From the NCBI RefSeq assembly GCF_001194135.2, contig NC_068982.1, positions 49,046,218 through 49,110,217 of the forward strand: a stretch of 64,000 nt of DNA. Direction: 5' to 3'. The notes beneath the pieces were generated by a model. It was not told the DNA's origin. It searched no databases and saw nothing but the letters and a program-made list of their open reading frames with translations. Each line of letters starts with the position of its first letter. Position 1 is the first letter of the stretch. This document shows positions 63,224 to 64,000 of the stretch, in pieces. Made by a program: the position numbers and the translations under genes. This stretch comes from Octopus bimaculoides. Lineage: Eukaryota.

Positions 63224-63449
63224 ATTCTCATTGTTTGTCATTCACATTTATATATATTTTTGTATTTCAGGATGGTCGTTTGTTTTGGTGCACCAGCATG
63301 GCCACAGTCAAATGACTAAAACAAGTAAAACAGTAAAATAGTAAACAAACACACACACTATATATTTGTTCATCACTTGTTTATTACTGTTCTTATTCTA
63401 ACACATGTCTATTGTCCAGAAATCTTTCATCACACATCTGTGACCTCCT

Positions 63450-63780
63450 CAGCGACACTTTGCTTGGACATGTTAGTCGTATAGAAGATGGCAGAATCCC
63501 CGAGGACATACTCTACGGAAAGCTTGCTAGGGGTACTAGGTCTGTGGGAAGACCGTTCTTACGATACAAGGATGTTTGCAAAAGGGACATGAAGGCTTGT
63601 GACATCAATATTAGCAACTGGGAAGTGGTTACCAGCAACCGAGGAGATTGGCGATGCACCATAGAAGGGGGAACGCAATGGAGTGAATGAGGGAGAGAGG
63701 AGAAATGGAAAGACAAGAAAAAATGACAAGAAACTATGACATTACAACCTGCCAGGCAAAGTCTTCACTATATCTGCCAG
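63450..63780 (+). mobile_element. RTE/BovB-like LINE 3' fragment
   Basis: ORF 63412-63690 contains LGHVSRIEDGRIPEDILYGKLARGTRSVGRPFLRYKDVCKRDMK, the typical RTE post-RT region. Confidence 0.88.
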
Positions 63781-63836
63781 AGGCAGATATATATATATAC
63801 ATATATATATCTTCCAATTGCAAGTTTTCTTTTCAG

Positions 63837-64000
63837 GTACACGACACTGCTTTTCCCCTTCCCAGGCTACAGGCCCACACCCCCAACACCCATACTGTTA
63901 GGATTGGCACTCTCAACGTCGGCACGCTGAAAGGTAGATCTGGTGAAATTGTTGAGATGCTTGAACGGAGATGCGTAGATATGTGCTGCATCCAGGAAGT
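63837..64000 (+). mobile_element. 5' part of an RTE-type LINE ORF (APE endonuclease N-terminus), running off the window
   Basis: Stop-free frame 63837-64000 includes VRIGTLNVGTLKGRSGEIVEMLERRCVDMCCIQEV (xNV and QE motifs of AP-like endonucleases); CpGs retained. Confidence 0.85.

Overview
AT-rich, repeat-dense eukaryotic (animal) DNA with seven N-gaps. The SINE/LINE families and microsatellite load match my recollection of octopus (coleoid cephalopod) genomes; that assignment is inference. Almost all ORFs in the supplied track are microsatellite, gap or transposon artefacts. Reading splice signals by hand gives one minus-strand, phase-consistent six-exon chain (31443-31406, 31126-31078, 21419-21337, 19003-18804, 4621-4594, 4132-3995). 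It encodes a 177-aa C-terminal region that aligns nearly ungapped with my recalled human CENP-P (tandem RWD kinetochore protein); its N-terminal exons are unresolved. The rest is a transposon landscape: a full-length dead mariner, a Tc1 fragment, RTE, R4/Dong-like and HERO-like LINE pieces, a Helitron remnant, hAT, piggyBac-like and pogo-like MITEs, and four SINE-like families. It also holds a degenerate Penelope-type hammerhead ribozyme, a weaker HDV-like fold, and several inverted repeat pairs. No rRNA, intact tRNA gene or CRISPR array was seen. Repeat boundaries are approximate.
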